A DNA stretch of 64,000 nucleotides from Candidatus Acidiferrum sp. (GTDB lineage: Bacteria > Acidobacteriota > Terriglobia > Acidiferrales > UBA7541). Where the stretch lies: the NCBI GenBank assembly GCA_041486245.1, contig JBGPLB010000003.1:5032-69031 (forward strand). The letters run 5' to 3'. Shown piece by piece: positions 37,539 to 46,723 of the stretch. A program made the position numbers and the translations under genes. Each line of letters opens with the position of its first letter. Position 1 is the first letter of the stretch. A model generated the notes under the pieces. It saw nothing but the letters and a program-made list of their open reading frames with translations, had not been told where the DNA came from and did no database searches.

Positions 37539-38030
37539 TTACTTCATTGCCGAAAAATCGGACGGATGCATATACACTTCATCCACCTTAAACACTTGGT
37601 CCGCCTTTTCTATGAGCGGTACCGCCTGTTTCCTATACTCTGGAAACGCCGGGTCGGCATGAAGCGCGTCCCAATTCTTTTTCGCTTCGTCCCGGCTGGG
37701 ATGAGCCACGAGGTAGATAAATGTGTTGGCCCAAGCAGGATCAACGTCGTCGGGCACCCAGTACCCGACGACGTTGAGATCATGCTTGGCTTGTAGCTTG
37801 GAAACGTCGCGAAAGATCGACTCGAGGGCCGGCACTTTGCCGGGCACAGCGTGATAAACCATGAGCTCGAATACGCGATTGCTGTCGGCCCGCACTTGGT
37901 TCAGGTGCATTAGGCGCACAGTAAGGAGCGATCCAGCGGCAAAGGAGAGCAATGCGGTGGCGCAGACCATCCATCCTTTGAATTTCCGGCGATTGCGCAC
38001 TGCCATGGCTGGTTCATGGTTCGTCTTCAT
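37539..38030 (-). CDS. NIPSNAP-family protein with an N-terminal membrane anchor or signal
   Basis: VFELMVYHAVPGKVPALESIFRDVSKLQAKHDLNVVGYWVP is a typical NIPSNAP ferredoxin-like half-domain. Confidence 0.8.
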   Translation of the reverse strand: MKTNHEPAMAVRNRRKFKGWMVCATALLSFAAGSLLTVRLMHLNQVRADSNRVFELMVYHAVPGKVPALESIFRDVSKLQAKHDLNVVGYWVPDDVDPAWANTFIYLVAHPSRDEAKKNWDALHADPAFPEYRKQAVPLIEKADQVFKVDEVYMHPSDFSAMK

Positions 38031-38067
38031 GAGTTCCTTCTCCTCTGTGGGTTTGTCGCCCCGATAC

Positions 38068-38079
38068 AGTCAGTTGACT
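38068..38079. promoter_or_regulatory. TetR operator candidate, copy 1 (AGTCAGTTGACT)
   Basis: 5-bp inverted arms AGTCA/TGACT. Exact reverse complement of the 12-mer at 38255-38266. Lies 38 nt upstream of the NIPSNAP start. Confidence 0.5.
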
Positions 38080-38254
38080 GACTGACACGATACTGAAAAC
38101 CAGATGCTGGCGTCAACGCCCTCGGGCGACTCATGCAACTTGCTCTCCCAAGGAGGCGCCGGCCGATTGTTCGCATTTGCCGCCGCGCCTAATGATGGAA
38201 TCCTGAGCGCCTCGCCATTGACGTTGGCATCGTCTCGAACTTAACATGTAAGCT

Positions 38255-38266
38255 AGTCAACTGACT
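38255..38266. promoter_or_regulatory. TetR operator candidate, copy 2 (AGTCAACTGACT)
   Basis: Same 12-mer in the opposite orientation, immediately upstream of the TetR start codon. Confidence 0.5.
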
Positions 38267-38279
38267 ATTGGACGGAGTG

Positions 38280-38843
38280 ATGCCAAAATTGAAAGCAGAC
38301 AACCGGACGCGGCTCCTTCAAGCCGCCGAAAAAGTCACCTATCGGCATGGGTTCGGCAACACGGCGCTCGCTGACATCGCGGAGGAGGCCAGGGTCCCTC
38401 TGGGCAACGTCTACTACTACTTCAAGACGAAGGACCAGATTGGCAATGCGATTGTCGAACTGCGCGTTTCGCGATTCAGGAGGTTGCTGCAGGAGCTGGA
38501 CAAAGCAGATTCTCCCAAAGAGCGGCTGTGTGGCTTCGTGCAGATAAAAATCAATAATCGCGAGACGCTGGCGCGTAGTGGCTGTCCTGTCGGGACCTTG
38601 TGCTCCGAACTGCATAAGCATGGGGGCGCGGTGGCAAAGAAATCGACGGTTTTGTTCGCGGAGGCTCTGGCATGGATGGAAGCGCAGTTCAAGGCACTTG
38701 GTAGAGGTGATGATTCGCGTGGACTCGCCGTACATCTTCTATCCGCAACACAAGGCGTATCGGTGCTGGCTCACACCTTCCACGACCCCGGGATGATCGA
38801 AATGGAGGCGGCGCGACTCAAGCAATGGATTCGCGCGCTCTAG
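38280..38843 (+). CDS. TetR/AcrR-family transcriptional regulator
   Basis: HTH region LLQAAEKVTYRHGFGNTALADIAEEARVPLGNVYYYFKTKDQI. The start is ATG 38280 or TTG 38268. Divergent from the NIPSNAP-SGNH-membrane protein gene string. Confidence 0.9.
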   Translation: MPKLKADNRTRLLQAAEKVTYRHGFGNTALADIAEEARVPLGNVYYYFKTKDQIGNAIVELRVSRFRRLLQELDKADSPKERLCGFVQIKINNRETLARSGCPVGTLCSELHKHGGAVAKKSTVLFAEALAWMEAQFKALGRGDDSRGLAVHLLSATQGVSVLAHTFHDPGMIEMEAARLKQWIRAL

Positions 38844-38891
38844 TTGCAATGCCAGGACGACAAAACTTCACGGCAATCCGTAGGTTCCCTA

Positions 38892-38926
38892 TTGACATAT
38901 ATAGATATTTCTTGATATAGATATTT
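38892..38926 (+). promoter_or_regulatory. Promoter candidate overlapped by a 12-bp perfect direct repeat (ATATAGATATTT x2) upstream of padR
   Basis: TTGACA at 38892-38897. Repeat copies at 38899-38910 and 38915-38926 (period 16). A -10-like ATATAG/TATAGA lies at 38915-38921. The padR ATG is at 38929 with no Shine-Dalgarno sequence. Confidence 0.4.
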
Positions 38927-38928
38927 AC

Positions 38929-39282
38929 ATGACTGAGATTGATCCTCAAAGGTTTATTCCACTCAAGACCAATTGGTTTCACATCATGCTGTCGCTTGCA
39001 GGTGGAGAGCAGCACGGTTACGGAATCATGCAGGATGTCCTGAGTCGCAGTACCGGGAAAGTACGATTGTGGCCAGCGACGCTGTATGGATCGATTAAGC
39101 GGCTGTCCGAGGCGGGACTAATCGAGGGGTCCGACGAGCGGCCCGCACCGGAATTGGACGATGCGCGACGCCGCTATTATCGGCTGACAGCCCTTGGCAG
39201 GCGCGTGCTCGACGCGGAATGCGAGCGCCTACAGGAATTGGTTCGTACCATTCGAGTGAAACAAAGCATGGTGACGGAATGA
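38929..39282 (+). CDS. PadR-family transcriptional regulator
   Basis: HIMLSLAGGEQHGYGIMQDV...WPATLYGSIKRLSEAGLIE is the canonical PadR wHTH. Its stop overlaps the next start (ATGA). Confidence 0.9.
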   Translation: MTEIDPQRFIPLKTNWFHIMLSLAGGEQHGYGIMQDVLSRSTGKVRLWPATLYGSIKRLSEAGLIEGSDERPAPELDDARRRYYRLTALGRRVLDAECERLQELVRTIRVKQSMVTE

Positions 39283-41978
39283 GTTTGGCATGGCGGATCT
39301 ACCGGCGGCTGGCGCAAGCTTTTCCGCACGAATTCAAATTGGCCTATGGCACAGAGGTGATGCAGCTCGGGGAAGACGTTGTGGAGGAAATAGCCAAGAG
39401 GCACGGAGCTGCCGGATTGATCCGGCTAATCGCAGACATCGCCATTCGGGTACCACTCGAATACCTGAGCGAAATGCGCGGCGATATGCGCTATGCGATG
39501 CGAGCGCTGATCAAGTCGCCCGGCTTCGCGCTGGTGGGCATCATTTCGATGGGGCTCGGAATTGGGCTGACGACAAACGTGTACAGCTCGAAATGGGCGT
39601 TGCTATTTCGTGATCTGCCGGCAGCGGCGAACGCCAAAGACTTGGTGATGCTTCAACAGTCGGCGGACGGTGATCTCGCCGCTGCGTCGTACTACTACAT
39701 CGAGCAGTATCGCGAGCAAAAGGGCCTGTTCACCGGCGTAGCTGCCTTCGAGACCGGCATCCCGTTCAATGTCACGTTCCAAGGCGATCCGAATGCCAAA
39801 CCGGAGCGCGTCTTTGGCCAACTTGTCTCACCGGATTATTTTTCCGTGCTCGGCGTGCAACCCCAGCGTGGCCGAGTGCTCAGCGCAACAGTTGACAAGC
39901 CTGGCGACGCGCCCGCCGCGGTGATTAGCGATCGATTCTGGCGCAATCGCCTCAACTCCTCTCCCGACGCCGTGGGGCAAATACTTCGTCTGAACGGGCA
40001 AATCGCGACCATCGTGGGGATCACGCCGAAGAATTTCAATGGCGCCCTTTCCATCAACCCCTCTGAGCTGTTCGTTCCGATCACCGCTCCCGCCGCGCTC
40101 GCTCCCGAGCTCGCCAACGACGTGCTTCATCAACGCAACGCCAAGGAGTTCCTGGCACTGATGTGTCTAGCGCCCGGCGTCACCATTGACTCCGCGGAGG
40201 TCGCTCTCGACTCGATCACACGCCGGCTCGACGAGCAGGGTCCTTCCTCGCCACTGCGCATGGACAAAGGCAGACGCGTCACGTTGCTTCCCGCAGGCAC
40301 CAGCGTACCGATTCCGCGGAAATTGAAGCCCGCGTTGATCGGATTCTTTGTCGCGCTGATGGGCCTGGTTATCACGCTTGCGTGCATGAATCTGGCAAAC
40401 ATGCTTATGGCCCGCGGCGCCAATCGCCGCAAGGAACTCGCGATTCGTTTGGCGGTCGGGGCCAGCCGTTTCCGGCTTATCCGGCAGATGATGAGCGAAG
40501 GAATTTTGCTCTCGCTGCTGGGCGGCATTGCAGGTTTCGCGCTCGCGTATGGTCTCGGCGTGATGAATTCCCACTTCACTCCGCCCGCGATCGTGCCGAC
40601 GGAATCCGATTTCTACCTGGATTGGCGCGCAGGCGTCTTCGCCTTCGGCCTGGCGATTGTGTGCGGCATCGGATTCAGCCTCGCGCCCGCCCTGCAAGCG
40701 ACGAAAGCCGACCTGACGCCCGCACTCAAAGAGGGCTCGGCGCTTCATCTGCCTGGCTACCGGCGCATTGGTCTGCGCAATCTGCTGATGGTCGCCCAGG
40801 TTGCGGCATCGCTGATGCTGCTGCTGATGACAGGATTCCTCGTAATGGGAATAAGCAAGGCGAGCAGTATCCAAACCAAATTCGATCCGAACAAGATGTA
40901 TCTCTTGTCCCTCGATCCCGTGCGTGACGGCTACTCGCCCGAAAAGGCACAAGCCCTGTTCGAGAAACTTCCCGAACAGCTCAAAACCGCCGGCTCGGTG
41001 CGCAGCTTCGCCCTGTCCGCGCAGCCGCCCTTTACGAGCGAACCTGAACCCACCCAACTGTCCGCGGAAGACTCCCAAGGATCCTCACAGGTACTGCAGC
41101 CCGTACTCGAGGAAACTGTGGGCCCGGGCTATTTTGCCACGCTCAACGAGCCGATGCTGGCCGGCCGAGAGTTCGTCGAACCGGATGAACGAAGCCACGC
41201 AGCCGGATCGAAGACTTTGCCTGCCGTGCTGAATGAGAGGGCTGCACGCGGGTTTTTCGGAAATGGGAGTGCGATCGGTAAGCGCGTTAGAGACGACAAG
41301 CAGTCCTATGAGGTGGTCGGCGAGGTCCCCGACTTGAAGGATGCACAGGGATTCAGCCAATCGATAATTTATTTGCCGCTGACATCGCGCGATTTTGCGC
41401 GGCCGCCAGCCGGCGGCATGACCATTATGGTGCGGTCGGATGCGGGACCTTTTGCGGGAACAGATGCACTGAGCACGATTCGGAAAGAGATCGCTGCTAT
41501 CGATCCCACTCTGAATATCTTCAATATACAGACGCTCGGCGCTTACCTGGATCGCAGCCGGTCCGCCTTGCGCTTCTCTGTCCAAACGTACGGCGGAATT
41601 GGAGTTTTTGGCTTGGTGTTGGCCGCCATCGGGCTCGCCGGGATCACCGCCTACTCGGTTGCGCAAAGACGCAAGGAGATCGCCATCCGCACGGCGCTAG
41701 GCGCAAGTAGGGCGCAGGTCCTGGGGCTGGTGCTGCGCGAAGGTGCGGCTCTGGTAAGCGCCGGAACTGTTCTCGGATTTGCGGGCGCGATCGGGCTGGC
41801 AAAAATAGTTTCGGCGCTGGCGAACATGTTTGTCGATGCGCTGAGGGTCGGTTCGAACGATCCTCGTTTGCTTATCGGCGCACCCTTGCTGCTGGCGGCG
41901 GTGGCCATGCTCGCCTGTTACGTGCCGGCGCGCAGAGCGGTCAAAATCGATCCGTTGAAGGCCCTGCGCGAGGAATAG
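39279..41978 (+). CDS. ADOP-family duplicated FtsX/MacB-like permease (orphan ABC permease) with a PadR-associated N-terminal prefix
   Basis: 899 aa. MRYAMRALIKSPGFALVGIISMGLGIG follows an N-terminal prefix domain. Two MacB-type periplasmic domains and two FtsX 4-TM modules. No adjacent ATPase gene. Confidence 0.9.
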   Translation: MSLAWRIYRRLAQAFPHEFKLAYGTEVMQLGEDVVEEIAKRHGAAGLIRLIADIAIRVPLEYLSEMRGDMRYAMRALIKSPGFALVGIISMGLGIGLTTNVYSSKWALLFRDLPAAANAKDLVMLQQSADGDLAAASYYYIEQYREQKGLFTGVAAFETGIPFNVTFQGDPNAKPERVFGQLVSPDYFSVLGVQPQRGRVLSATVDKPGDAPAAVISDRFWRNRLNSSPDAVGQILRLNGQIATIVGITPKNFNGALSINPSELFVPITAPAALAPELANDVLHQRNAKEFLALMCLAPGVTIDSAEVALDSITRRLDEQGPSSPLRMDKGRRVTLLPAGTSVPIPRKLKPALIGFFVALMGLVITLACMNLANMLMARGANRRKELAIRLAVGASRFRLIRQMMSEGILLSLLGGIAGFALAYGLGVMNSHFTPPAIVPTESDFYLDWRAGVFAFGLAIVCGIGFSLAPALQATKADLTPALKEGSALHLPGYRRIGLRNLLMVAQVAASLMLLLMTGFLVMGISKASSIQTKFDPNKMYLLSLDPVRDGYSPEKAQALFEKLPEQLKTAGSVRSFALSAQPPFTSEPEPTQLSAEDSQGSSQVLQPVLEETVGPGYFATLNEPMLAGREFVEPDERSHAAGSKTLPAVLNERAARGFFGNGSAIGKRVRDDKQSYEVVGEVPDLKDAQGFSQSIIYLPLTSRDFARPPAGGMTIMVRSDAGPFAGTDALSTIRKEIAAIDPTLNIFNIQTLGAYLDRSRSALRFSVQTYGGIGVFGLVLAAIGLAGITAYSVAQRRKEIAIRTALGASRAQVLGLVLREGAALVSAGTVLGFAGAIGLAKIVSALANMFVDALRVGSNDPRLLIGAPLLLAAVAMLACYVPARRAVKIDPLKALREE

Positions 41979-42128
41979 GGCGATTGCCGGCTCATCGCGG
42001 GCGTCCGCGGCAACGTCAACGCCAGCACTCTGCGCCATCCATCCGCGCATGCAGCCGTGAAGTACAGCATAAAAGTGTTGAGGGCTTCCATCTAGGCCAG
42101 ACCGGACCATCGGTAAGGGTTGCGGTGA

Positions 42129-44048
42129 TTAGTGTCCGCCTTTGCAATTCGGCAAACGGAATGAACCGATCTTCGTTCGATAGGCTTGGTCGCCCTCTTT
42201 CAGGTAGTCGCCAACATACCAGAACGTGCAGTCATCGCTCGGATCCATCGCAGTCGTTGTGTAGTCTTCCCAACGCAGCGTGTTCGTTTGCGACGCTTCC
42301 CCTTTCGCTAGCACGGTCTCGTGCAACGTCAATTGGCCCTTTGGATCGTCGGCCCGCCGCGCGGCGAAGCGCTGCCCGACGAAATTCGGCAACCCACCGA
42401 ATGAATATCCGATGCCGATGTCGCCTTTTTTATCCATCGCAATGCTGGGCATCCAACGATAGAGCCCTTCCGGCGCATATGTGCCCTCTTGATACAGCGC
42501 TGGATTGCGGTTTTTGTCGAGCCGGAACTCGTACCAGCGCACGCCACCGCCGCCTCCATGCGCAGCGACGGAGTGCGCGGCGACAATCGACTCGTGTCCG
42601 GCAACGTTGCGGTAAGCGAGGCGCTGCATGATCTTGTCGCCCTGCACGTCGAGCCGACGTTCGGTATTTGGCTGCGGGACGCAGCTCGACAACTGCCCGT
42701 TGCACAGGTAGTGGTACGGCGCAACATTAATCTTCACCGGGCCATCTGCCTTCGTGTTTGCGGGATTATTCCAGTCGGCATGAACCTTCCAGAAGTAGAT
42801 GCCATCGTCATCGAAGATCTTCTTGAGCTGCGTGCCACCGGCCGCCATCATGATGTTCGGTGCTCCTGGCGGCGGCAGTTTGCCGCCATCGATGTCGGCG
42901 TTGTTCAGGAAATTCACGCCGTCGATGACAATGCACTGCTCGGTAGCCGGTTGGCCCGCAAGCATCTTCGTGCGATCCGCAATGCACACGTGTTTCTGGA
43001 TCACGTCGTCACCCGTGCTGGTTGGCACGTAGTAGCCATCGATCCAAACTGCAGGACGCGGATAGTCCGGGAATAACGTGCGCTCGAACGCATAACGATA
43101 GTATGTGCCAAGCGGGTCCGGCCCGGTGCTGACCGCATAGCACATGGCCCACACTCCCTCTTTTTTCTCGGGTGGCCTTTGCCCGCGTTCCGGCGGAGGC
43201 GGCGGTTGCGGCGGGTTCGCGGGAAGAGCCGCAGCGGCGCCAGGTGAAGACGCCTCACCGGGCTTCGCCAACTGCCCCGCAGGCACAGATTCGCCGCGAG
43301 CCAGACCCGGTATCCCCGGAAACTCGCCGGGGCCAATTCGCGAGAAAATGGGCATCACGATTAGCCATCGCCCCGCAAGCTGATCGTAGCGGACGACTGC
43401 GTCTCCATTGTTGCGTGCTTCGCAGACGCCGCCGAAGCTAGTCCACACGGATTTCGTAGTCACCGGCCCGTACAACACGGTTCCGCTCTTGTCGTATTTC
43501 TTGGCTTTCTTTGAGTAAATTGCGATACGGGAATTGACAATCTGCACGATGTGATCGGGGCCGACTGCCAGGCTGTCGTCGGACGGGCTGCGAAAATTGG
43601 TTGTGCCCTGCGGACCTTCGAACCCAGCGCCTAGTCCATCGAAGCTCTCGAGCAGCGGCACCGCCGGCCGATTGCCTTGGGATGTTTGCTCAACAGCAAT
43701 TCCGGCAGGATTCAAAGTTGGCGGCGGATCAGGTGGAGGGATGGGCTCGTCTGGTCTTCGCTGTTGCGCAATAACTGAGTCATTGTCTTCGGCCGACGAG
43801 CCAGATGGAGCACCGCACGCCGCGCCTTCGCAATCATGCAACGCGGTTCCGTCATTCGACTCCCGTATCGACGCGAGCGGCCGAGAGACGTCGTATTTTA
43901 TTGCGTGGTGCACGAGAACTACAGCTGTTGGACCGGCCCCTTGGCTAAGCTCCGCGCGAAATTGCATTGCCGACCCGCTGGCAAAGACGAAAACTATGAG
44001 CACAATTCCGAGGGCCGTGATGACACTAAAGCTCCCTGCGCGAGACAT
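42129..44048 (-). CDS. Membrane-anchored or secreted hypothetical protein with an internal Pro-rich low-complexity insert
   Basis: ATG at 44048 after GGGGAG. N-terminal TM segment SFSVITALGIVLIVFVFASG. Conserved-looking C-terminal motif LRWEDYTTTAMDPSDDCTFWYVGDY (reminiscent of sialidase/BNR-like propeller hypotheticals). Insert ...PANPPQPPPPPERGQRPPEKKEG. Confidence 0.8.
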   Translation of the reverse strand: MSRAGSFSVITALGIVLIVFVFASGSAMQFRAELSQGAGPTAVVLVHHAIKYDVSRPLASIRESNDGTALHDCEGAACGAPSGSSAEDNDSVIAQQRRPDEPIPPPDPPPTLNPAGIAVEQTSQGNRPAVPLLESFDGLGAGFEGPQGTTNFRSPSDDSLAVGPDHIVQIVNSRIAIYSKKAKKYDKSGTVLYGPVTTKSVWTSFGGVCEARNNGDAVVRYDQLAGRWLIVMPIFSRIGPGEFPGIPGLARGESVPAGQLAKPGEASSPGAAAALPANPPQPPPPPERGQRPPEKKEGVWAMCYAVSTGPDPLGTYYRYAFERTLFPDYPRPAVWIDGYYVPTSTGDDVIQKHVCIADRTKMLAGQPATEQCIVIDGVNFLNNADIDGGKLPPPGAPNIMMAAGGTQLKKIFDDDGIYFWKVHADWNNPANTKADGPVKINVAPYHYLCNGQLSSCVPQPNTERRLDVQGDKIMQRLAYRNVAGHESIVAAHSVAAHGGGGGVRWYEFRLDKNRNPALYQEGTYAPEGLYRWMPSIAMDKKGDIGIGYSFGGLPNFVGQRFAARRADDPKGQLTLHETVLAKGEASQTNTLRWEDYTTTAMDPSDDCTFWYVGDYLKEGDQAYRTKIGSFRLPNCKGGH

Positions 44049-44216
44049 GGTCACTCCCCGATGAGGATGCGAAGCTTGAAGATCATAAAGTATATAAGTT
44101 GCGATGGGCAAAGAGCCTTGTCCCTTTTCAAGGAATGACTTTACGAGGTAAGAGGTTCGGGACGTTTTTCATCCGTCCCACGCTGGCGGCACGCAGGTTA
44201 CAAAGAGAAGTCGCAA

Positions 44217-46580
44217 TTATCTCTCGGCCACGGTCAAAGTCGTTTCGATCAAGTCGACGGAATTCCCGCCCACCATGATTTTGAAGGTCCCCGGCTCGAC
44301 GACGCGATGCATATCGCGATTCAGGAATGACAGGTCTTCGAAACCGAGGGCGAACTCGACGGATTTCGTTTGTCCTGGATCGAGCGTAATCCTCCGAAAG
44401 CCTCGCATCTCTTTGACGGGACGAGTGACAGAACTGATTTCATCGCGAACGTAGAGCTGAACGACTTCGTCTCCGCGAAGCTTGCTTGTGTTGGTCACGT
44501 TTACGCTGACGTGCGCCGTACCTTCGGGACCGATGGTATCGGGCGTCACACGGAGATTGTCGTACTTGAACGTGGAATAGCTCAAGCCCCAGCCAAAGGG
44601 ATAGAGCGGCTCGGTGGTGCTGCCGAGATATTCTCGTTTTGCCGAAGGTTTCTGATAGTAGTAATCGGGAAGCTGGCCGACCGAGCGAGGGACTGTGATA
44701 GGCAATCTGCCGCCTGGGTTGTAGTCGCCAAACAACACTTCCGGCGCTGCGGTGCCGCCCTCCTGGCCGAGATACCAGCCATCAAGAATCGCCGGAACAT
44801 TTTCGGCGAGGTAGGTGATCGCATTGGGCCGGCCATGCAGCAGAAGGACGACGACGGGCTTGTGAGTCGCAAGCATGGCCTTTGCGAGGTCGTCTTGATT
44901 GCCAAGCAAGGTGAGATCATCGCGGTCGCCCTTGTGCTCGGGAGCCCACGCTTCGCGGGACGTTTGCTCGTTGTCGCCGAGAACGAGAATTATGACGTCA
45001 GCTTTCTGGGCGGTTTTGACAGCATCGGCGATGCGCTTGGCATTCAGCGCCGGTTCTCCAAGCACAACTTTGTCCGCATTCCAATCCGGTGGCGTTTCGG
45101 TGATCTTGGTGCCTTCCGCATAGAGGACCTCCGAACCCGATCCAACGCGGTTCTTGATACCTTGCAAAATGCTGACGCCGCGGCCCGGGTTGTTACTGTA
45201 GCCGCCCAGATGAACCTCGGCTGCGTTCGGGCCGATTACGGCGATGCGCTTGTACTTTGAAGCCTCCAGGGGCAGAAGGTGGTCCTGGTTTTTCAGCAGG
45301 ATGATGGTTTCGCGCGCGGCTTGGAGCGCCAGCTTTTGGTGGTCGGCGTCATTGGTGATTTTTTCCGCATAATCGGGATCGACATAGGGATCATCGAAAA
45401 GTCCTGCCAGAAACTTTTCGCGGAGAAGGTTCGCCACAGCGCGATCGATGGTGGCTTCCGCAACTTTGCCATCTTTCACTTGCTGAATCAGGCTGGGGAA
45501 GGCATCTGGAAATGGCAGCTCGACATCGACTCCCGACTCCAAAGCGAGTTTGGCAGCAGCCTCCTTGGTTCCAACGATGTGATGAATCTTGATGAGCTCG
45601 GTGATGCCGAAATAGTCCGACACCAGAACTCCGTTAAAGCCCCACTCCTGGCGAAGAATGTCGATCAAGAGTTGTTTGTTACTGTGCGAAGGAATGCCAT
45701 CGATTTCGTTGTAGGAAGCCATCACACTTTGCACATGGCCTTCTTTGACGGCGGCTTCAAAAGGTTTCAACCAATATTCACGAATAACTCGTTCCGAGTA
45801 ATTGCCGGGCGCGACGTTGGTGCCGCCTTCGGGCTGGCCATGGACAGCGAAATGTTTCGCCGTCGCCAGCACATGGGTTTTGTCGATGAACGGCCCGGTA
45901 CCCTGAAATCCTTGGATGGCCGCAACGCCCATGCGGGAAACGAGATACGGATCTTCGCCGTAGGTTTCTTCCGTGCGGCCCCAGCGCGGGTCGCGCGCAA
46001 GATCCAAAACAGGCGCCAAACATTCCTGCGCGCCTCGAGCGCGGACCTCAGCCGCGGTCGCAGAAAACACATCGTGCACTAAGTATGGATCCCAAGTGGA
46101 CGCCAGCCCGATCGCTGATGGGTAGGAAGTGCCTTTAGGCGCGGCATGCCCGTGCAGGCATTCTTCGTGGAAAAGGACAGGAATGCCAAGACGGGTATTT
46201 TCCTTAACCCATTTTTGCACCATGTTCGTGAACTCCGCCATATTGCGCGGATCGCGGCCTTCGCTAGGACGTGAAATTTCCCCAATGCCATCCTTCAGCA
46301 GGACTGCCGCGTGGTCCGGAAGAAACGCCCCCTTGTCATCTATGAACCGCGATTCAGGAGTCTTCATGAATTGCTGGTTCTCCCAAACACCTTCGAGTTG
46401 CGCGACCTTCTCCTCCAGTGTCATGCGCGAAAGGAGATCGGCGAGGCGCTGCTCAACGGGAAGTTTCGGATTGCGATAGGCGGGAGCCTCCTGCGCCTGG
46501 CCGGCGAGGAACATGGGGCCGCAAACCGCGAGGGCAGCAGTTGCAACTAGAGCAAGCCGAGCGGGAGAAAAAAGCCTCAT
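44217..46580 (-). CDS. Glycoside hydrolase family 3 (beta-glucosidase/beta-xylosidase-like, BglX type), secreted
   Basis: ATG at 46580 lies 7 nt after GGAGG. Signal peptide. GH3 motifs KHFAVHGQPEGGTN and GVLVSDYFGI. C-terminal Fn3-like domain. Confidence 0.9.
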   Translation of the reverse strand: MRLFSPARLALVATAALAVCGPMFLAGQAQEAPAYRNPKLPVEQRLADLLSRMTLEEKVAQLEGVWENQQFMKTPESRFIDDKGAFLPDHAAVLLKDGIGEISRPSEGRDPRNMAEFTNMVQKWVKENTRLGIPVLFHEECLHGHAAPKGTSYPSAIGLASTWDPYLVHDVFSATAAEVRARGAQECLAPVLDLARDPRWGRTEETYGEDPYLVSRMGVAAIQGFQGTGPFIDKTHVLATAKHFAVHGQPEGGTNVAPGNYSERVIREYWLKPFEAAVKEGHVQSVMASYNEIDGIPSHSNKQLLIDILRQEWGFNGVLVSDYFGITELIKIHHIVGTKEAAAKLALESGVDVELPFPDAFPSLIQQVKDGKVAEATIDRAVANLLREKFLAGLFDDPYVDPDYAEKITNDADHQKLALQAARETIILLKNQDHLLPLEASKYKRIAVIGPNAAEVHLGGYSNNPGRGVSILQGIKNRVGSGSEVLYAEGTKITETPPDWNADKVVLGEPALNAKRIADAVKTAQKADVIILVLGDNEQTSREAWAPEHKGDRDDLTLLGNQDDLAKAMLATHKPVVVLLLHGRPNAITYLAENVPAILDGWYLGQEGGTAAPEVLFGDYNPGGRLPITVPRSVGQLPDYYYQKPSAKREYLGSTTEPLYPFGWGLSYSTFKYDNLRVTPDTIGPEGTAHVSVNVTNTSKLRGDEVVQLYVRDEISSVTRPVKEMRGFRRITLDPGQTKSVEFALGFEDLSFLNRDMHRVVEPGTFKIMVGGNSVDLIETTLTVAER

Positions 46581-46609
46581 TTAAAACCTCCAAGAAATAA
46601 TACCAATAC

Positions 46610-46638
46610 TTGCAATCTGAAAAACGGGTGGTACTATA
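46610..46638 (+). promoter_or_regulatory. sigma70-like promoter candidate for xylA-GH67
   Basis: TTGCAA (46610-46615), a 16-17 nt spacer, then TACTAT/ACTATA (46632-46638). Confidence 0.35.
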
Positions 46639-46644
46639 GCACGG

Positions 46645-46660
46645 CCGTTAACGTACACGG
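46645..46660. promoter_or_regulatory. Operator candidate, site A (CCGTTAACGTACACGG)
   Basis: 16-bp ACGT-centred imperfect palindrome immediately downstream of the -10 candidate. Matches the site at 59945-59960 in 15 of 16 positions and the site at 53486-53501 in 13 of 16 (reverse complements). Confidence 0.5.
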
Positions 46661-46723
46661 TCATTTTTCCCGCCGTTCTGCACGCAATGTGGATGAAACC
46701 TAGGTTCGACAAGGAACCCACGA

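Noticed and set aside
41984-42631. 215-aa Arg-rich plus-strand ORF downstream of the ADOP gene.
   Set aside because: It is antisense to the 3' part of the hypothetical gene 42129-44048. Its extreme Arg/Ser/Cys composition is typical of out-of-frame GC-rich sequence.
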